From NCBI RefSeq assembly GCF_047638095.1, contig NZ_JBLJBW010000003.1, positions 15,899 through 79,898 on the forward strand: a stretch of DNA of 64,000 nt, written 5' to 3'. Under the pieces are notes generated by a model. That model searched no databases. It worked only from the letters and a program-made list of their open reading frames with translations, and was not told the DNA's origin. The stretch's first letter is position 1, and each line of letters opens with the position of its first letter. The position numbers and the translations under genes were made by a program. This document shows, piece by piece, positions 41,797-53,618 of this stretch. The DNA comes from Azonexus sp. (lineage in GTDB: Bacteria > Pseudomonadota > Gammaproteobacteria > Burkholderiales > Rhodocyclaceae).

Positions 41797-43034
41797 TGGA
41801 GCGGATCTCGGTCGATCGTTTGCAACCTGGGGTGTTTATTTCGATCACCCAGGTGAGCTGGCTCGACCACCCTTTTTTGCTCAATCGTTTTCGTCTGGAT
41901 GATGAGGAGCAGATCAAAATTTTGCGCAGCCTGGGCATTCGAGAAATCGATTGGGATCCGGCGCGTAGCAGTGCGCAGCCCTTGCCAGAAGCGGCGGCGC
42001 ACGAGGATGAAACCGATTTTTCAGCCACGGCCATGCATGCGATGCTCGATGGCAAGCGCGAGCGCACGCAAAAAATCCGTGCGCAACGTGAATCTTTGGC
42101 CCGTTGCGAGCGTTTGTATGAGCAGGAGGCGAGCGGCCTGCGCGACATTTTGCAGCAACTGAGCAGCCGCCCGGCAGAAGCTTATTTGCAGGCGCGCGCC
42201 ACGGTGGGGCGTCTGCTGGGCGGTTTGCTGGGCACCCAGAGCGTGGCCATTCATCTGGTCAATATGAAGGTTCGCGACGCCGGTGCTGCGCAGCATGCGA
42301 TGAACGTCACGGTGCTTTCTCTTTTGCTGGGCAAGGCCGCCGGGCTCGATCCAGAGCAGATGCGCCAACTTGGCTTGGGGGCGCTGTTTCACGATATCGG
42401 TAAAAGCGAAGTGCCGACGCGGGTGCTGCGTAGTGCGCAGCGTACGCCGGCAGAAACGCAGTTCTACCAGGCGCATGTGGGCTATGGGGTGAAATTGGCG
42501 GCACCGATGAACGAGTTGACCACGGCGGCGCGCAACATCATCGCCTGCCACCACGAGCATTGGGATGGTTCCGGCTTTCCCAATCGCTTGGCTGGGGCCA
42601 AAATTCCCCGCTTGGCACGCTTGGTCGCCATTGCCAATCATTACGACAATCTGTGCAATCCCTTCGATCTGGCGCAGGCGCGCACCCCTAGCGAGGCGGT
42701 GGCACATATGTTCCGGCATGAAGCCGGGCGTTTCGATCCGGAGTTGCTGCAACTCTTCATCAAGATCGTCGGCGTCTATCCACCCGGTTCCTTCGTGGCG
42801 CTTGATGACGGCAGTATCGGTTTGGTGGTGGAAGTCAATACGGTGGATTTGTTGCATCCCCTGGTGATCCTCTATGACCCGGAAATTCCCCGTGGCGAGG
42901 CCTTGCTGGTCGATCTGGCGGATTGCGGACTGCGTATCGAAAGCGTGCTCAATCCCGGCAAACTGCCCCTGGAAACCGTCGAGTATCTCGCGCCGCGCGG
43001 GCGTATCGATTACTACATCGAAGGCGCGTCCTGA
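41796..43034 (+). CDS. HD-GYP-domain phosphohydrolase (putative c-di-GMP phosphodiesterase) with a DUF3391-like N-terminus; GYP is replaced by GFP
   Basis: TAATG overlap with the metZ stop; HDIGKSEVP and [11 protein letters not shown] motifs; N-terminal [18 protein letters not shown] resembles DUF3391 (from memory). Confidence 0.85.
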   Translation: MERISVDRLQPGVFISITQVSWLDHPFLLNRFRLDDEEQIKILRSLGIREIDWDPARSSAQPLPEAAAHEDETDFSATAMHAMLDGKRERTQKIRAQRESLARCERLYEQEASGLRDILQQLSSRPAEAYLQARATVGRLLGGLLGTQSVAIHLVNMKVRDAGAAQHAMNVTVLSLLLGKAAGLDPEQMRQLGLGALFHDIGKSEVPTRVLRSAQRTPAETQFYQAHVGYGVKLAAPMNELTTAARNIIACHHEHWDGSGFPNRLAGAKIPRLARLVAIANHYDNLCNPFDLAQARTPSEAVAHMFRHEAGRFDPELLQLFIKIVGVYPPGSFVALDDGSIGLVVEVNTVDLLHPLVILYDPEIPRGEALLVDLADCGLRIESVLNPGKLPLETVEYLAPRGRIDYYIEGAS

Positions 43035-43086
43035 TTTTTCTGGCGCTCGCAGCGGGCGCTCATCCCCGTTTTTTCTGGAGTATGTC

Positions 43087-44367
43087 ATGTTGTTTTCCGA
43101 ACTCGGCCTGCAGGCCGACATTCAACGCGCCGTTGTTGAGCAGGGCTATAGCACGCCCACCCCGATTCAACAGCAGGCCATTCCCGCCGTGCTGTCAGGC
43201 CACGATTTGATGGCCACGGCGCAGACCGGCACGGGCAAAACGGCAGGTTTCACGCTGCCCATCTTGCAGCGTTTGAGTCTGGGGGCGCCGGATAAATTGT
43301 CGCGCATGGCGCGCACCCCGCGCGTGCTGGTGCTGACCCCGACGCGTGAATTGGCGATCCAGGTCGAAGAAAGCGTGCGCACCTACGGCAAATATTTGCC
43401 GGTCAATTCGCTGGCAGTGTTTGGCGGTGTCGGCATCAACCCGCAAATTGCTCATTTACGCCGGGGCGTGGATATTCTGGTGGCGACACCGGGGCGCTTG
43501 CTGGATCATGTGCAGCAAAAAACGGTGGATTTGTCGGCGATCGAAATTTTCGTGCTCGACGAAGCCGATCGTATGCTCGATATGGGCTTCATTCGTGATA
43601 TTCGTAAAATCATCGCCCTTTTGCCGAAAACGCGGCAAAACCTGCTTTTTTCCGCGACTTTTTCGCCAGAAATTCGTGAACTCGCCGCCGGTTTGTTGCA
43701 TCAGCCGGTTTCCGTCGACGTGGCACCGCGTAATACTGCCGCCGAAACGGTGGTACAAAAGGTGATCGAATGCAACCGCGAGCAGAAAAAAGAATTGCTC
43801 AAGCATTTGTTTACCACGCGCAGCTTGCATCAAGTATTGGTGTTTGCGCGCACCAAACACGGTGCCGACGCGCTTGCCCGCACGCTCGACAAGGCTGGCA
43901 TCAAGGCGGCGGCCATTCATGGTGATAAATCGCAGGGGGCGCGCACCCGCGTGCTCGCTGAATTCAAGGAAGGCAAGCTGGTGGCGCTGGTGGCGACCGA
44001 CATCGCCGCGCGCGGTATCGACATCGACGCTCTGCCTTACGTCATCAACTACGAACTGCCCAACGTGCCGGAAGATTATGTGCACCGCATCGGCCGCACC
44101 GGCCGCGCCGGTATGGAGGGCGAGGCGATTTCGCTGGTTTGCCACGACGAAAGGCCGCAGTTGAAGGATATCGAAAAGCTCATCAAACGCAGCCTGGAGC
44201 GCATCGAAATCGCCGGCTTCGAACCCGCCGCCGTCGCCGCGCCGCGCCCAGCGCCCCAACCGCGCCCGCCTCGCCCGGGAGGTAAACCCGCGCCGTCCGC
44301 TAAGCCCGCTGCCGCCAAGAATGCCCGACCGCAACAGCAACGTCATTCCGGGAGCCGGCATCGCTGA
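43087..44367 (+). CDS. rhlE: DEAD-box ATP-dependent RNA helicase (RhlE-like) with a basic C-terminal tail
   Basis: Q-motif [24 protein letters not shown] and [10 protein letters not shown] motifs. Confidence 0.92.
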   Translation: MLFSELGLQADIQRAVVEQGYSTPTPIQQQAIPAVLSGHDLMATAQTGTGKTAGFTLPILQRLSLGAPDKLSRMARTPRVLVLTPTRELAIQVEESVRTYGKYLPVNSLAVFGGVGINPQIAHLRRGVDILVATPGRLLDHVQQKTVDLSAIEIFVLDEADRMLDMGFIRDIRKIIALLPKTRQNLLFSATFSPEIRELAAGLLHQPVSVDVAPRNTAAETVVQKVIECNREQKKELLKHLFTTRSLHQVLVFARTKHGADALARTLDKAGIKAAAIHGDKSQGARTRVLAEFKEGKLVALVATDIAARGIDIDALPYVINYELPNVPEDYVHRIGRTGRAGMEGEAISLVCHDERPQLKDIEKLIKRSLERIEIAGFEPAAVAAPRPAPQPRPPRPGGKPAPSAKPAAAKNARPQQQRHSGSRHR

Positions 44368-44391
44368 GGAAAAATACACAGAGAAAGCTTA

Positions 44392-44416
44392 AAAAAACCC
44401 GCCGCGGCGGGTTTTT
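44392..44416 (+). terminator. Rho-independent terminator after rhlE
   Basis: aaaaaaacccgccg/cggcgggttttt palindrome. Confidence 0.8.
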
Positions 44417-44577
44417 CCACGTCAGACAGGGGGAATCTGGCGGTTCTCGGATCAGGAAAAATTTAGGGCGCGAAGCACGACATGTCATCGCTGACGGCGG
44501 CGATGTCGGCGATTTTTCTTGATAGGCAATGGTTTTTATATGTGGTGAATCAAACAGCAATTTACCAGCCTTGTTTT

Positions 44578-45018
44578 TCAATCCGCGCCGATATCCTCAT
44601 TCCATAAATCCGGGCGGGCAGCGATGAAATTACGCATCAGGCGGATGCAGGTCTGGTCCTGCAGAACCTCCACGCTAACGCCGCGTGCGCGCAGGAGTGC
44701 TTCGTCGCCCATGAAGCTTTGGTTTTCGCCGATCACCACGCGGGGGATGCCGTAGAGCAGGATGGCACCAGTGCACATCGGGCAGGGCGAGAGCGTGGTG
44801 TAGAGCACAGACTCCCGATACACCGCCGCCGGCTGCCGCCCCGCGTTTTCAAAGGCATCCATTTCCCCGTGTAGAATCGCGCTGGCGCGTTGTACTCGCC
44901 GGTTATGTCCCCGTCCGATGATGCGTCCTCGATGCGCGATGACCGAGCCAATTGGAATCCCGCCTTCGTCCAGCCCCTGCTGCGCTTCGGCGATTGCGGC
45001 TTGCATGAATTCGTCCAT
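44578..45018 (-). CDS. CMP/dCMP-type zinc nucleoside deaminase (yeast-type cytosine deaminase-like)
   Basis: HGEM (HxE) and SPCPMC (PCxxC) zinc motifs; 146 aa. Confidence 0.85.
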   Translation of the reverse strand: MDEFMQAAIAEAQQGLDEGGIPIGSVIAHRGRIIGRGHNRRVQRASAILHGEMDAFENAGRQPAAVYRESVLYTTLSPCPMCTGAILLYGIPRVVIGENQSFMGDEALLRARGVSVEVLQDQTCIRLMRNFIAARPDLWNEDIGAD

Positions 45019-45141
45019 GATGATCTCCCTGGTTGGGTTTGTGGTTTCGTTGCCGTTCGATTTTATTCAAATTCGCCCCCAACACCCCGCAGTTGCATTC
45101 CGCGGTTGTGCTTCACGATTACCCCTCTGAGTGGACAGAAC

Positions 45142-45525
45142 ATGCAGGAGAAAAATGTGAATTTCAAGCGGCAGGCTTACGCGGCGGTTACGCCCTATGT
45201 GACCAAGGACGGCTCGCAAATCCGCGAACTGATGCATCCTGCCGTGCATGGCAACCAGGCTCAGAGCCTCGCTGAAGCGACACTTCAGCCCGGTCAGCGC
45301 ACCCAGTTACACCGTCATCATCGCACCGAGGAGCTCTATCACATCACCGCTGGCAGTGCTTGCATGACTTTGGGTGATGCCGAGTTCACCGTAGAGCCCG
45401 GCGACACCATCTGCATTGCGCCCGGCACGCCGCACCGTATCGCCGCGCTCGGTAATTCGCCTCTCAGACTGCTGTGTTGCTGCTCGCCGGCTTACGATCA
45501 TGAAGATACCGAGCTTCTGGATTAA
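45142..45525 (+). CDS. Cupin-domain protein
   Basis: Cupin motifs [16 protein letters not shown] and PGTPHRI; 127 aa. Confidence 0.75.
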   Translation: MQEKNVNFKRQAYAAVTPYVTKDGSQIRELMHPAVHGNQAQSLAEATLQPGQRTQLHRHHRTEELYHITAGSACMTLGDAEFTVEPGDTICIAPGTPHRIAALGNSPLRLLCCCSPAYDHEDTELLD

Positions 45526-47402
45526 ATACCCTCCGCGGGCTGGTGTGGATGCGGTTTCGCGGACAAGGGGACGTTTTCCCCCCGGATCAACTGCAGCAAT
45601 TCCTCTCCGTAATGCTCGATCTTGGCGCTGCCCATGCCGCTGATTTGGGCGAGCAGGCCGTGGCTGACGGGGCGGCATTCGGCGAGTTCGCGTAAGGTTT
45701 TGTCGTGCAGGATGACGTAGGCGGGGACGCCTTGTTCGCGGGCGGTGTCGGTGCGCCAGCGGCGTAGCGTCTGGAACAAATTTTCGTCCGCCGGTGCCAG
45801 GGGCGGGCCGCCGACGGTGCCGACGGTGCTGCCGGTCGGGCGGCGGTTGCGCTCCTTGCTCGTGCTACTGCCCAGCGCGGGGCGGCGTAGCTGGACGCTA
45901 CGCTCGCCTTTGAGCACGGCGCGGGAATCCGCCGTGAGATGCAAGGCACCGTGTTCGCTTAAATCGACATACACCAGACCGGCAGCGGCCAGTTGGCGGA
46001 AGATGCTTTTCCATTCGCGTTCGTCGAGATCGCTGCCGACGCCGAAGGTGGGCAGGCGGTCGTGTCCCCATTGGCGCATTTTGTCGCTCGCCTTGCCGCG
46101 CAGCAGGTCAATCAGGTGGCCGACACCGAAACGCATGCCGGTACGGTAAATGGCGGAAAGCGCTTTTTGTGCGGCCAGGGTGCCATCCCAGAGTTCGGGT
46201 GGCTCGCTGCAGACATCGCAGTTGCCGCAGGGGGTGCGCGTCTCGCCAAAATAGTCGAGCAGCACTTGACGGCGGCAGCGCGGCGCTTCGCAATAGGCCA
46301 GCAGGGCGGTCAAACGCTGCGCTTCGAGGGTTTTCTGGCGTTCTTCTGCGCCGGAGTCGTTGATCCGCGCGTGTTGCAGAGCAAGGTCTTGCATGCCGTA
46401 GGTCATCCAGGCGACGGCAGGCTCGCCGTCACGCCCGGCGCGCCCGGTTTCCTGATAATAGGCTTCGATACTTTTGGGTAGATCGAGGTGGGCGACAAAG
46501 CGCACGTCCGGTTTGTCTATGCCCATGCCGAAGGCGATGGTGGCGCAGATGATGAGCCCCTCTTCGCGCAGAAAGCGGCGTTGGTGGGCGCTGCGCTCTT
46601 CGTGCGGCAGGCCGGCATGGTAAGGCAGCGCCGGGTAGCCTTGCGTTGTCAGCCAGCTGGCGGTTTCGTCGACTTTTTTGCGTGACAGGCAATAGACGAT
46701 GCCGGCCTGACCGCGCCGGGGGGCGAGGAAAGTCAGCAGCTGTTGGCGGGGGCTGTCTTTTTCGACCACGGTGTAGCGGATATTGGGGCGGTCGAAGCTG
46801 GAGAGAAAAACCCGCGCTTCGGAGAGGCCCAGGCGTTGCAGGATTTCCGTTTGCGTGGCGCGGTCGGCAGTGGCGGTGAGTGCGATGCGCGGCACGGCGG
46901 GGTAGCGCTCGTGCAGGGCGGAGAGTTGCAGGTATTCCGGGCGGAAATCGTGCCCCCATTGCGACACGCAGTGGGCTTCGTCGATGGCGAACAGGGCGAG
47001 CTTCTGCGCTTCGTACAGGGCGTCGAAGAGCGTCAGCGTGCGCTCCAGCATGAGGCGTTCGGGGGCGATGTACACCAGATCGAGCTGGCCGGAGAACATC
47101 GCCTGTTCGACGGCCTGGGCGCTGCGCCAGTCGAGGGTGGAGTTGAGGCAGGCGGCGCGCACGCCGAGCTGGGTCAGCGCATCGACCTGGTCTTGCATAA
47201 GGGCGATCAGCGGCGAGACGACAATGGCGCAACCCGGGCGCAGCAGCGCGGGGATCTGGTAGCACAGACTTTTGCCGCCGCCGGTGGGCATCAGCACCAA
47301 AGCATCGCCGCCCTGGCTAATGTGGCGGATGATTTCTTCTTGCTCGCCACGAAAGGCTGGGTAGCCGAAGGTGGTGCGCAGAATGTTGAGGGCGGCAGTC
47401 AC
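45522..47402 (-). CDS. recQ: ATP-dependent DNA helicase RecQ
   Basis: [27 protein letters not shown], zinc-finger cysteines, and an HRDC region at the C-terminus; 626 aa. Confidence 0.96.
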   Translation of the reverse strand: MTAALNILRTTFGYPAFRGEQEEIIRHISQGGDALVLMPTGGGKSLCYQIPALLRPGCAIVVSPLIALMQDQVDALTQLGVRAACLNSTLDWRSAQAVEQAMFSGQLDLVYIAPERLMLERTLTLFDALYEAQKLALFAIDEAHCVSQWGHDFRPEYLQLSALHERYPAVPRIALTATADRATQTEILQRLGLSEARVFLSSFDRPNIRYTVVEKDSPRQQLLTFLAPRRGQAGIVYCLSRKKVDETASWLTTQGYPALPYHAGLPHEERSAHQRRFLREEGLIICATIAFGMGIDKPDVRFVAHLDLPKSIEAYYQETGRAGRDGEPAVAWMTYGMQDLALQHARINDSGAEERQKTLEAQRLTALLAYCEAPRCRRQVLLDYFGETRTPCGNCDVCSEPPELWDGTLAAQKALSAIYRTGMRFGVGHLIDLLRGKASDKMRQWGHDRLPTFGVGSDLDEREWKSIFRQLAAAGLVYVDLSEHGALHLTADSRAVLKGERSVQLRRPALGSSTSKERNRRPTGSTVGTVGGPPLAPADENLFQTLRRWRTDTAREQGVPAYVILHDKTLRELAECRPVSHGLLAQISGMGSAKIEHYGEELLQLIRGENVPLSAKPHPHQPAEGI

Positions 47403-48148
47403 GCGGCGGTTTCGGTCGCGGTTTCGGCGGGCAAAAACAGCGTTTCGCGGCGCAGCGCAAGACCATCCCAGACGAGATAATCGCCCCGGTCTTCATGCCA
47501 GTCGCCGAGCACCCAGCGTTCGACGTGGATACCGTCGACGAAATGATCGTGTGTGGCGGCTTGGTGGGTGTGGCCGTGAATGAAGGTGGCGTAGCCGTGG
47601 CAGCGCAAAAAATCGTCGGTGGCGGCGGGGTTCAGGTCTTGATACACGGGATTGCGCGCTTTGTTGCGCGCGCTGCGCCAGCGGATATAGCGCCCGAGAA
47701 GCGAGCGCAGCCAGCGCGGTTTTTGCAGCATGCGTGCCAGCCAAGCCGGGTCACGCACCCGGGCGCGGTAGGCGACATAGGCGGGATCGTCCAGACAAAG
47801 GGCATCGCCGTGCGCGAGGATGAAAGACCAATCGGGCAGATGTAATTCAAAAGGGTCGGGAATCAGCTGAGCGCCAGTACTTGCGGCAAATTTTTCACCA
47901 AGGGCGAAATCGCGGTTGCCGTGCATGATGTGGATTTTTACCCCGGCCGCGCTGGCCTCTTTGAGTGCCGCGCTGATCGTGCGGTGCCAGTCATCGCTGA
48001 TGTCGTCGCCTACCCAGACTTCGAACAAATCGCCCAGGAGATAGACCGCTTCGGCGCGGCGTGCGGGGCCGGCGAGAAAATCGAGAAACAAACGCGTCGC
48101 CCCGGGCGAGCGGGGCGACAGGTGCAGATCGGAAGCAAATAAAAGCAT
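47399..48148 (-). CDS. lpxH: UDP-2,3-diacylglucosamine diphosphatase
   Basis: [23 protein letters not shown] and GNRDF metallophosphatase motifs. Confidence 0.93.
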   Translation of the reverse strand: MLLFASDLHLSPRSPGATRLFLDFLAGPARRAEAVYLLGDLFEVWVGDDISDDWHRTISAALKEASAAGVKIHIMHGNRDFALGEKFAASTGAQLIPDPFELHLPDWSFILAHGDALCLDDPAYVAYRARVRDPAWLARMLQKPRWLRSLLGRYIRWRSARNKARNPVYQDLNPAATDDFLRCHGYATFIHGHTHQAATHDHFVDGIHVERWVLGDWHEDRGDYLVWDGLALRRETLFLPAETATETAA

Positions 48149-48217
48149 GGGGGACGGTGAGAAAAGGCGGTTATGGCGTGCTTTGACGCCGGCTAAAACC
48201 AGTCTTTGCTCAGCGCA

Positions 48218-48724
48218 TCAGGCGATGACTTCGGCCTTTTCGATGACGACGCTTTCTTTCGGTACGTCCTGATGGAAACCCTTGTTGCCGGTGGGCAGAG
48301 CGCGAATTTTGTCGACCACGTCCATGCCCTCGATGACTTTACCGAAAACGCAGTAACCCCAACCCTGGCCGCTCGGCGCTTTGAAATCGAGAAAATCGTT
48401 ATCCACGGTGTTGATGAAGAATTGCGCCGTGGCCGAATGCGGGTCGTTGGTGCGCGCCATGGCGATGCTGCCGCGCGTATTCTTCAAACCGGCTTTGGCG
48501 GTTTGCTCGCCTTCGTTTTCGATGGGGTCTTGCGTGGGTTTTTGATCCATGTTCGGGAGCATGCCGCCGCCCTGGATCATGAAATTCTTGATGACGCGGT
48601 GAAAAATGGTGCCGTCGTAGTGGCCGGCTTCGACATAGGCAATGAAATTTGCCGTGGTTTTGGGGGCATTGACGGCATCCAGTTCGAGGGTGATGACGCC
48701 GTGGTTGGTGCTGAGCTTGATCAT
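48218..48724 (-). CDS. ppiB: Cytoplasmic cyclophilin-type peptidyl-prolyl isomerase
   Basis: Cyclophilin motifs [13 protein letters not shown] and SATAQFFIN; no signal peptide. Confidence 0.93.
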   Translation of the reverse strand: MIKLSTNHGVITLELDAVNAPKTTANFIAYVEAGHYDGTIFHRVIKNFMIQGGGMLPNMDQKPTQDPIENEGEQTAKAGLKNTRGSIAMARTNDPHSATAQFFINTVDNDFLDFKAPSGQGWGYCVFGKVIEGMDVVDKIRALPTGNKGFHQDVPKESVVIEKAEVIA

Positions 48725-48755
48725 GAGGTTTTCCGTAAAGGGTTATTTTGTTACG

Positions 48756-49313
48756 TTATTTTTCAGAAATGATGCGAACGTTCTTGATGACGATGGGTGT
48801 GCCGGGGACGTTCTGGTGAAAGCCGAAATTGCCGGTGCGCACGTTGGCGATTTTGTCGACCACGTCCATGCCTTGGGTCACCTTGCCGAATACGGCATAG
48901 CCCCAACCGTCGCGGCTCGGGTAGTCAAGCGGCAGGTTGTCGGCGTGGTTGATGAAAAACTGCGCGGTGGCGGAATGCGGATCGTTGGTGCGCGCCATGG
49001 CGAGCGTGCCGCGGCGGTTTTTCAAACCGTTTTTGGCTTCGTTTTCGATGGGCGCACGGGTCGGTTTTTGTTCCATCTTGCCGTCAAAACCGCCGCCCTG
49101 AATCATGAAACCGGGAATGACACGGTGAAACACGGTGCCGTTATAAAAACCGTCGCGCGCGTAAGCGAGAAAGTTTTCCGCCGATTTTGGCGCATTTTTG
49201 GCATCGAGTTCGACGGTGATATTACCCATGCTGGTTTCCAGTTCCAGCGTCGGCGCGGCCCAGACGGCGGCGCTCAGGCCAAGTGTGGCGAGGGCGAGGG
49301 TGAGTTTTTTCAT
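48756..49313 (-). CDS. ppiA: Periplasmic cyclophilin-type peptidyl-prolyl isomerase
   Basis: Signal peptide [19 protein letters not shown] plus cyclophilin motifs; TAATG overlap with the upstream gene. Confidence 0.9.
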   Translation of the reverse strand: MKKLTLALATLGLSAAVWAAPTLELETSMGNITVELDAKNAPKSAENFLAYARDGFYNGTVFHRVIPGFMIQGGGFDGKMEQKPTRAPIENEAKNGLKNRRGTLAMARTNDPHSATAQFFINHADNLPLDYPSRDGWGYAVFGKVTQGMDVVDKIANVRTGNFGFHQNVPGTPIVIKNVRIISEK

Positions 49314-50635
49314 TAAGCGGCTCCTTCGTAAATGATTTTCCACTGAGCGCCTTCGCGCACCCAGTATTGGCGTTTCTTCATGCGGTTATCGAGGTTGTTG
49401 CTGCGGTAATCCTGCTCGAAGCTGACAACAATGACTTCTTCAGCACCAGGATTGCGGAAAAACGAGATTTTATCCAGTTTTACCTTGATCCAGTTTTTTC
49501 CCGCATTGACTTGGCGCTTTTGCGCGGCAAACCGGGAAAAATCCTGGCCGTCGGCGCTAAATTGTTTTGAGTAGTGGGTGAGATAGCGCTCGGTGTCGCG
49601 ACTTTCCCAGTCGCTGCGCCAGGTTTCCAGCGTGCGCGCGAACTCTTCCCGCTCCTGTGCCCAGGTTTCGGGCGAGAGCCATTCAAGTTGTGGACTGATG
49701 ATGACGGGGGTCAAACCGACCTGCAGATAGCCGCGCACCGCGTCCAAATCCTGATTGGTGAGCACGACGCAGCCGTCGGAAGCCAGCGGTGGGCGGGCAA
49801 AGGTGTCGGATTGCGTACCGTGCAACCAGATGCCGCTGCCGCCCCGGCCCCGGCGACGATCCCATTCGTTGGGGAAATTGATCGGAAATGCGCCGCTGCC
49901 GTAGAGGTCGGGCAGTTTTTGCCGGGATAAATCGGCCGTGACGTGATAAACGCCGAGCGGGGTTTTTTTGTCGCCCTCGTAGAATTTGTCGGCACCGAGT
50001 TTGCCCTGGCTGACATAGTAATCGGCGACAAAGCGCGGCTGCCCGCCAGCGGCATCGTTTTCGTAGAGATAAAGGCGCGAACGCTGGGTGTCGACGATGA
50101 CGGCGTAGCGCTGTTCCGGGCGCATCTGCAGCAGATAGCGTGGAATTTGATCGGTAGCGGGTTTCTCACGGTAGGCTTGCAGGCGGCGCAGGGCTTCAGC
50201 GCGCAGGTCGGCGATTTTTTCGCTGGCAGCGCCCGGTGCCGCGCCAAAGTGGCTGAGTGGGTGGGTGCGGGCAAGTAGCAGATCGCCCTTGATGAGATGC
50301 GCTAAACGGTAGTTGGGATGGCGCTCGATCAGGGTTTCGGTGAGCTGCAAGGCGCGGCCCAGTTGGTGCGCTTCGATGGCAGAAAAAATTTCCTGCAAAG
50401 CGGCCTCTGGCGCTGTTGCCGCATCGGTTGCAGGGAGGCTTGCGGCGGGGGCGCTCGGCGCAGCGGCTTGCGGCGGTTTGTCCTGCCAGACGGGCAGGGC
50501 GGCAGCCGCATCCGGACGCACCAACGCCGGCGCGGAGGCCGGCGTCTGGCGGGTGGTGAGTTCTATGACGGACGGTATTGCAATGACCGCTGCCAAACCA
50601 ACCAGTAGCAGCGGTAACCAGAACTTCTTTGGCAT
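49313..50635 (-). CDS. L,D-transpeptidase (YkuD) family protein
   Basis: N-terminal anchor [17 protein letters not shown]; YkuD catalytic block GSGIWLHGT....SDGCVVL; TGATG overlap with the upstream TPR gene. Confidence 0.85.
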   Translation of the reverse strand: MPKKFWLPLLLVGLAAVIAIPSVIELTTRQTPASAPALVRPDAAAALPVWQDKPPQAAAPSAPAASLPATDAATAPEAALQEIFSAIEAHQLGRALQLTETLIERHPNYRLAHLIKGDLLLARTHPLSHFGAAPGAASEKIADLRAEALRRLQAYREKPATDQIPRYLLQMRPEQRYAVIVDTQRSRLYLYENDAAGGQPRFVADYYVSQGKLGADKFYEGDKKTPLGVYHVTADLSRQKLPDLYGSGAFPINFPNEWDRRRGRGGSGIWLHGTQSDTFARPPLASDGCVVLTNQDLDAVRGYLQVGLTPVIISPQLEWLSPETWAQEREEFARTLETWRSDWESRDTERYLTHYSKQFSADGQDFSRFAAQKRQVNAGKNWIKVKLDKISFFRNPGAEEVIVVSFEQDYRSNNLDNRMKKRQYWVREGAQWKIIYEGAA

Positions 50636-51837
50636 CAGCGGGCGATTTCTTCCTTGATCAGCCACTTGCCGCCGCTATGCACGAAAACCAGTGTCTTGGT
50701 GCTCGAGCTGTTCAGGCCGGGCGCCTTGTAGTGCTGGCGAAAGCGCGCCTTGGCCTGGTCGCCTTCGATAGAGATGCTGGGTTCATCGAAGCTTACGGAG
50801 ATTTTGCCGCCGCGCTTGCCGATACGTTGCTGGCGCTCGTTTTCCCAATCCTTTCGGCTCATGCCGTTGGGGGCGAAACTGCTGGTGTAAGCGGCAAAAT
50901 AGGCCTTCATGTTCTTGCTCGACCAGGCATGGGCCCAGTTGTTGAGTGCGGCGAGCACGGCATCGTTGCCATTTGCGGGGGCGGCGGGTTTGCTGCTGGC
51001 CGGGGTTTCCTTGGCGGCCGGTTTTTCGGCGGCAGCGGCCTGGGGTGCGGCTGTGGTTTTGCTTGCGGCAGTTTGCAACGGCGTTTGGGCGGCGGCTCCG
51101 GCGGTGGTGGCGACGACGCTCGCCGTCGTGGCGGGCGGCGTGGTCGTCACTGTATTTGCTGGGGTGGCAGCGGCGGTCTTGGTCGGAGAGGGCTGGGTGG
51201 GCGGGGTGGTTTGGGCGGCTGCCAGGGTGGCGGTATCGCCCGTTGGTGTGGCCGGGGCCGGCGGACGCACATTGCCTTTGCCGGAAGTGCTGATCAAATC
51301 GCGGATGAGCGCCAGTTTGTTTTGCGTGGCGGCATTGGCGTTATCGAGTTGCAAGGCCTTGTCATAGGCTTGGCTGGCGAGTTTGGCATAGACATCGCCC
51401 AGGTTTTCGTAGGCAATGGCGTAGGAAGGGTGGGTACGGATCGCCATTTCCAAGGCGGTGCGCGCTTTGTCGTATTGTTTCTGCTGGGCGTAGAGCACGG
51501 CCAGATTGTTATAGGGCTCGGGCAGCTCCGGGTAGTCTTCGGAGAGCTTGGTGAATACGCCGATGGCATCGGCTGGGCGGTTCATTTCGGTGAGGATGAT
51601 GCCTTTGAGAAAGCGGCCCTGGGCATCTTTGGGGCGGCTGCTCAGATATTGTTCGGTTTTTTCGAGCGCTTGGGCGTGCTGGCCCTGCTTGATGAGGCGC
51701 TGGATTTCCGGGAGATTGTCGGCAAAAACCGGTGCGCTAAAGCTGATGCAAAGCCCTAAGGCAATCGCGCGCAGAGCGTGTGAACGGGGCGGAATCGACG
51801 TGCAGGAGCGGGAATGGGAGCGCGGAGAGGTAGTCAT
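50635..51837 (-). CDS. Secreted TPR-repeat protein with a Thr/Ala/Pro linker and a C-terminal Cds6/NTF2-like domain
   Basis: Signal peptide ..ALGLCISFSAPVFA; TPR motifs (NNLAVLYAQQKQYDKARTALEMAIRTHPSYAIAYENLG); low-complexity linker. C-terminal domain assigned from memory of proteins found beside L,D-transpeptidases. Confidence 0.7.
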   Translation of the reverse strand: MTTSPRSHSRSCTSIPPRSHALRAIALGLCISFSAPVFADNLPEIQRLIKQGQHAQALEKTEQYLSSRPKDAQGRFLKGIILTEMNRPADAIGVFTKLSEDYPELPEPYNNLAVLYAQQKQYDKARTALEMAIRTHPSYAIAYENLGDVYAKLASQAYDKALQLDNANAATQNKLALIRDLISTSGKGNVRPPAPATPTGDTATLAAAQTTPPTQPSPTKTAAATPANTVTTTPPATTASVVATTAGAAAQTPLQTAASKTTAAPQAAAAEKPAAKETPASSKPAAPANGNDAVLAALNNWAHAWSSKNMKAYFAAYTSSFAPNGMSRKDWENERQQRIGKRGGKISVSFDEPSISIEGDQAKARFRQHYKAPGLNSSSTKTLVFVHSGGKWLIKEEIAR

Positions 51838-51941
51838 TGCCGTGTTACAATCCGTAGGTTTTGAATCGCTGGATTCTAACAAATATCCCGGGGGTTTTAT
51901 GCCTTTTCCCTGCCGGATTTAACAATTCTTTTCATTCCAAC

Positions 51942-53315
51942 ATGCTAAAAATATACAATTCGCTTAAACGTGAGAAGGAAGTATTCAAGCCCATCCGTTC
52001 TGGAGAGGTGCGCATGTATGTTTGCGGCATGACGGTGTACGATTTCTGCCACCTCGGTCATGCCCGCGTGATGGTGGTGTTCGACATGGTGTATCGCTGG
52101 CTGAAGGCTTCCGGTTATGCCGTCACCTATGTGCGCAATATTACGGATATCGATGACAAAATCATTCGGCGGGCTATTGAGAACGGCGAAACCATCGGCC
52201 AGCTGACCGAGCGCTTCATTGCGCATATGCACGAAGACGCCGATGCCCTAGGCGTATTGCGCCCCGATCACGAGCCGCGAGCGACACAGTATGTGCCGCA
52301 GATGCAAGAAATTATCCGCAAACTGGAAGCCTGTGGTCTGGCCTATCAAGCGAGCGATGGCGACGTGAATTACGCCGTGCGCAAGTTTCCGGGCTACGGC
52401 AAGCTGTCCGGCAAATCGCTCGACGATCTGCGCGCCGGGGAGCGGGTGGAAGTCGATAGCGCCAAGGACGATCCGCTTGATTTCGTACTGTGGAAGCACG
52501 CCAAACCCGGCGAGCCGGCGTGGTCCTCGCCCTGGGGCGAAGGCCGCCCGGGCTGGCACATCGAATGCTCGGCGATGAGTTCCTCTCTCCTGGGGCAGCA
52601 TTTCGACATTCATGGCGGCGGGCAGGATTTGCAGTTTCCGCACCACGAAAACGAAATCGCCCAGTCAGAAGGGGCGAACTGCTGCACCTACGTCAATTAC
52701 TGGATGCACAACGGTTTCGTGCGGGTCGACAACGAGAAAATGTCGAAGTCGCTGAACAATTTCTTCACCATCCGCGAAGTTTTGAAGCAATACGACCCCG
52801 AGGTGATCCGCTTCTTTATTTTGCGCGCCCACTACCGCAGCTCGCTCAATTATTCCGACGCCCATCTGGACGATGCCAAGCGCTCGCTCGACGCGCTTTA
52901 CTTCACCCTGCGCGACGTGCCGCCCGTGGCGGTGGCGATCGATTGGCACAATGAACATGCCGCACGCTTTGCTGGTGCCTTGAACGAAGATTTCGACTCG
53001 CACGGCGCGATTGCCGTGCTGTTCGAGTTGGCAGCCGAAGCCAAACGCCAGAAATCAGCGCAGCTTGCCGGACTCTTGCAGGCGCTGGGCGGCATCATCG
53101 GCCTGCTGGAACGCAGCCCGCAAACCTACCTGCAGGCCGGCCCCGGCGCAGGCGAACTGGACGCGGCGCAGATCGAAGCGATGATTGCCGCACGCACCGA
53201 AGCCAAGAAAGCGCGCGATTTCGCCAGCGCCGACCGCCTGCGCGATGAATTGAAGGCGGCAGGCGTGATCCTCGACGACAGCGCCCAAGGCACGACCTGG
53301 CGGCGGGCGGGTTGA
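51942..53315 (+). CDS. cysS: Cysteine--tRNA ligase
   Basis: [15 protein letters not shown].., HLGHAR (HIGH) and KMSKS motifs. Confidence 0.96.
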   Translation: MLKIYNSLKREKEVFKPIRSGEVRMYVCGMTVYDFCHLGHARVMVVFDMVYRWLKASGYAVTYVRNITDIDDKIIRRAIENGETIGQLTERFIAHMHEDADALGVLRPDHEPRATQYVPQMQEIIRKLEACGLAYQASDGDVNYAVRKFPGYGKLSGKSLDDLRAGERVEVDSAKDDPLDFVLWKHAKPGEPAWSSPWGEGRPGWHIECSAMSSSLLGQHFDIHGGGQDLQFPHHENEIAQSEGANCCTYVNYWMHNGFVRVDNEKMSKSLNNFFTIREVLKQYDPEVIRFFILRAHYRSSLNYSDAHLDDAKRSLDALYFTLRDVPPVAVAIDWHNEHAARFAGALNEDFDSHGAIAVLFELAAEAKRQKSAQLAGLLQALGGIIGLLERSPQTYLQAGPGAGELDAAQIEAMIAARTEAKKARDFASADRLRDELKAAGVILDDSAQGTTWRRAG

Positions 53316-53618
53316 TCAAGCACTGCGCTGCCGAGGGATTCGGCGCGCTGCTGTAGCCTAGCCCCCGGTCCCCCGGCGCTGCTGCGGATGCGGGGCCAGC
53401 CTCAGCACGGCTATGCGCTATTCATCACAAGCGCAAGCCGGTGGCCGAGGTGGCCGAGCGTCTGCTGTGGGTGAAGTTATGAAGGCTTTCATTGCTGGGC
53501 TTGGTATTACAAATAACTTAAAAAGTGTCCGACGCCGTAATATGCTTCACCGACGCAATACGCATCTACACTAGCATCGCTAAAACGCCTTCAACCCACT
53601 TCGCCCCTGTGTCACGCC

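Noticed and set aside
46429-47265. 278-aa alternative-frame minus-strand ORF inside recQ
   Set aside because: It is an out-of-frame overlap with a helicase gene carrying all RecQ motifs, and its product is Pro/Arg/Ala-rich junk.
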